From: Dehalococcoidia bacterium
GTDB taxonomy: Bacteria > Chloroflexota > Dehalococcoidia > Lucifugimonadales > UBA3495
DNA length: 64,000 nucleotides
Direction: 5' to 3'
Assembly (NCBI GenBank): GCA_965197565.1
Contig: CBDANK010000002.1
Coordinates: 655,095-719,094 of the forward strand
Part shown: piece by piece, positions 61,416 to 64,000 of the stretch
Numbering within the stretch: the stretch's first letter is position 1
Layout: each line of letters begins with the position of its first letter
Made by a program: the position numbers and the translations under genes
Notes under the pieces: model-generated
Seen by the model: the letters and a program-made list of their open reading frames with translations, nothing else
Told to the model about the DNA's origin: nothing
Databases searched by the model: none

Positions 61416-62264
61416 ATGGGACCGGAATTGATAGATTATCTCCTGTACGAACCCGAGTCTACGGGGATCCTTTGGATTAAGTTCAATCGCCCGGAACGTA
61501 TGAACGCGCTGATTGGGTCTTCTGAAGAGAAGGGCACCGTGGCCAAAGTCGGCGAGTATATGCGGGCCGGCGATGACGACCCCGATATTAGAGTCATCGT
61601 CCTCACCGGAGAAGGCCGCGGGTTTTGCTCGGGCGCAGACATGAGGGGCGATATTCCCGACTCGATAAAAGGGGAGAACTTTCGGGGAGACCGGGGCATG
61701 GAGAAGGGGCCCGACGCAGCGCGGCAACGCTTTTATCACGGCTTCACCAAGCTCCACAAAGACATCTCGCAAATAAGGAAACCCACCATCGCCATGATCA
61801 ACGGGCCCGCTGTTGGCTCGGGTATGGACATGGCCCTGCATTGCGACATCCGTCTGGGATGCGAGAACACCCGTTTCATCGGATACCAGCAATTGGGCCA
61901 GATCATGGAAAACGGCGGTAGTTACTACTTGCCCAAGATGGTCGGCTTGGGCAGGGCGCTGGAGTTTGCTTACACCGGGCACCTGGACGCCCAAAGGGCC
62001 TATGAGTGGGGCTTGCTGAACTATCTGGTCCCGTCCGAGAAATTGGAGGAGACGACCAGAGAGCTTTGTGACCGGATCATGAGAACGCCCCCAATGGTGC
62101 AGTGGATAAGCAAGCGGATCATGCGCGCCGCCTTGGACAGCACTCTGGAAACCACGATGGTGTTGACCTCCAATGCCGGGGGTATTCTTCAAGGTTCGGA
62201 AGATGCCGAGGAGGCGCGACAGGCTTTTCTGGAGAAACGCTCCCCAACGTTTAAGGGACGCTGA
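61416..62264 (+). CDS. enoyl-CoA hydratase/isomerase family protein
   Basis: LTGEGRGFCSGADM and NGPAVGSGMDMALHCD oxyanion-hole segments. Confidence 0.85.
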   Translation: MGPELIDYLLYEPESTGILWIKFNRPERMNALIGSSEEKGTVAKVGEYMRAGDDDPDIRVIVLTGEGRGFCSGADMRGDIPDSIKGENFRGDRGMEKGPDAARQRFYHGFTKLHKDISQIRKPTIAMINGPAVGSGMDMALHCDIRLGCENTRFIGYQQLGQIMENGGSYYLPKMVGLGRALEFAYTGHLDAQRAYEWGLLNYLVPSEKLEETTRELCDRIMRTPPMVQWISKRIMRAALDSTLETTMVLTSNAGGILQGSEDAEEARQAFLEKRSPTFKGR

Positions 62265-62271
62265 TACAGGC

Positions 62272-63828
62272 TCAATCGCCCGTGGGAGCGGCGGGCTCCG
62301 CCTCGGTGGCCCTTTCCCCTTGGAAAAAGGACATGGTCATGCCGATCAACAGCAGGACCAACATAACGGTGTATGCGTTTCGAAGGCCCACCGTGAAGGC
62401 GTGGCCCACCGCGGCCCCGGCGGTCTCCCGTACCGCGTTCAGACTAGGCTCGAACCCCATAGACCCCATGGTCGCGGTTATGATGGCCGTAGCCGTCGCC
62501 AAGCTGATGATGCCAGCCCCGTTGCGCGTCAGGTTGAGCAACCCGGAAACAATGCCGTAACTCGCCGGCCCCACCGAACCCAGCACAGAGCTGGCGTTGG
62601 GCGAATAAAATGTTCCGCTGCCGATGTTGGTCAAGAACAAGGCTGCTATTACCAACACCAAGGGAGATTGGTCTGTCAACCGAGAGAACAGGAGCACACC
62701 GGTGGCGCAAACCGCCATCCCGCCTACGGTAAACAATCTCCAACCGTAACGGTCTGAGAGCACTCCGCTGATCAGCCCGCCGAGGGTCAAGCTGACGGCG
62801 CTGGATATCATAGCAAGACCCGATGTTGCGGCACTGAACCCGAGGACGCCCTGAAGGTAAAAGGGCGTCAGCACGAACATCGCCGAAGTGCCCAAGAAAC
62901 TCAAGAACGCCGCCGAAACACCAAAGGAGAAGGTCCTGCGGCCAAAGAACCTGAGGTCCAGCATCGGATTGGAAGTCCGTAACTCCCACCAAACAAATGA
63001 GCCCAGCAAAGCAAAAAAGCTGAGCATAGCCAATATAATGACAGGAGAGTCCCAACCGAATTTGTGGCCGTTGGTCATGGTGACCAGCAGCATTATCAGG
63101 GTCAACGCCGACAGCCCCGCGCCCAGCCAATCAAATGCGGTAATTGAATCTTGCGGCCTGAGCGGAGACCGGTTCTCTTCCGGAATTGCCGTGGCGCTAA
63201 TCATCCCCAGCAGCACCAATGGGATAGAGAGAAAGAACACATAGCGCCAGCCGACGGCGTCCACCACAACGCCCCCAATACTGGGTCCGGTTGAGGAGGA
63301 CAAGCCCACGATCACCATCATCAAGCCGATGGCCCTGCCGCGCTCGTTGGGCGGGAAAACGGAAGCAATGATGGCCATGCCGGGAGTCTCGGTCATGGCG
63401 GCGCCGGCGCCCTGTAGGATTCTGGACGGGAGCAGCAGCATCAGGCTGGTGGCCCGGCTCGCTAGAAACGCGCCCAGAACGAATACTACGCCCCCGGCAA
63501 TGTACACCCTCTTGCGCCCCACCAAGTCAGCCAACCTGCCCATGGGCATCAGCAGGGCGCTGATGGTGAGGACATAGCCGATATGCATCCACTGGATGGT
63601 CGGGAGGTCGGTGTTGAAGTGACTCGCTATACTGGGTAGAGCGACAATCAAGCTCGTTTGGCCCGACCAAGTCCCGAAGAGACCGAGGGCCATGAAAGCG
63701 AAAGCCCAGTATTTGTAGCCGGGGCTGCTTGCCTCCAACCCCTTGATCCGGCGGCTAAACGCCGGGAAGCCGGCAAGAGCAATTAGCAACAAGCCGGAGG
63801 CAAGGACCAGCAGGCCGGTCAAGGTCAT
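62272..63828 (-). CDS. MFS transporter, 14-TMS drug:H+ antiporter (DHA2/EmrB-like)
   Basis: 518 aa with ~14 helices; GRLADLVGRKRVY motif A. Confidence 0.8.
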   Translation of the reverse strand: MTLTGLLVLASGLLLIALAGFPAFSRRIKGLEASSPGYKYWAFAFMALGLFGTWSGQTSLIVALPSIASHFNTDLPTIQWMHIGYVLTISALLMPMGRLADLVGRKRVYIAGGVVFVLGAFLASRATSLMLLLPSRILQGAGAAMTETPGMAIIASVFPPNERGRAIGLMMVIVGLSSSTGPSIGGVVVDAVGWRYVFFLSIPLVLLGMISATAIPEENRSPLRPQDSITAFDWLGAGLSALTLIMLLVTMTNGHKFGWDSPVIILAMLSFFALLGSFVWWELRTSNPMLDLRFFGRRTFSFGVSAAFLSFLGTSAMFVLTPFYLQGVLGFSAATSGLAMISSAVSLTLGGLISGVLSDRYGWRLFTVGGMAVCATGVLLFSRLTDQSPLVLVIAALFLTNIGSGTFYSPNASSVLGSVGPASYGIVSGLLNLTRNGAGIISLATATAIITATMGSMGFEPSLNAVRETAGAAVGHAFTVGLRNAYTVMLVLLLIGMTMSFFQGERATEAEPAAPTGD

Positions 63829-63854
63829 GATGCGAGCGCGTCTTTAACCAAGGG

Positions 63855-64000
63855 TCAATCGCCGGTGGGCGCTACTGGACCAATCTCTGTGAGCTCTTCA
63901 CCCTTAACGGCGGACGCGGCCATTGCCATCAAGACCAAGGCGATCATCACAAGATAGGCGTTGCGGAGACCCACGGTAAAGGCGTGACCCACTCCGGCCC
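63855..64000 (-). CDS. MFS transporter, C-terminal end of a tandem paralog (partial, runs off the window)
   Basis: The reverse-strand end ...GHAFTVGLRNAYLVMIALVLMAMAASAVKGEELTEIGPVAPTGD* parallels the C-terminus of 62272..63828. Confidence 0.6.
   Translation of the reverse strand, partial: AGVGHAFTVGLRNAYLVMIALVLMAMAASAVKGEELTEIGPVAPTGD

Overview
This is a 64-kb stretch of a roughly 60% G+C bacterial chromosome. Lineage cannot be fixed from sequence alone. Frequent GTG/TTG starts and the gene content would fit an uncultured Chloroflexota-like organism, but that is only a guess. There are about 60 credible protein genes, mostly ordinary metabolism and transport: a penicillin-acylase-family hydrolase, TlyA, crotonases, an ABC-2 exporter, a ThDP enzyme, gamma-glutamyltransferase, queF-queD-queC-queE, MmgE/PrpD, a Zn-ADH, a TcuA-like flavoprotein, MFS transporters, a family-5 SBP and an SDR. 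There are also two tRNAs (Val-TAC, Lys-TTT), a HicAB module and one decayed IS701-like element. Six items stand out. (1) A BtuF/TroA-fold binding-protein gene is interrupted only by an in-frame TGA that creates a CxxU motif and is followed by SECIS-like hairpins, making it a candidate new selenoprotein family. (2) An IscA/HesB-like gene has its C-terminal CGCG ligand motif amplified into a 46-residue Gly/Cys tail through a perfect 54-bp tandem duplication. (3) An HK97-type head-morphogenesis gene set (Zn-ribbon, TerL, portal | protease, capsid, small proteins, connector) is split into two oppositely oriented halves 21.6 kb apart, with no tail, lysis, replication or integrase genes. (4) A 3.3-kb lower-GC islet next to tRNA-Val is bounded by ~73-bp imperfect direct repeats that include the tRNA 3' end, and it carries a RecB/TM0106-like nuclease with an in-frame TAG. 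(5) An envelope-glycosylation-like operon contains a 1050-aa flippase-like/AlkP/GT2 fusion, a GT-C protein and two lipoprotein/SBP genes. (6) Nearly every larger intergenic region is filled by several families of TIR-bounded MITE-like elements that are nested into one another, and empty sites, filled sites and target-site duplications are all visible inside this window.
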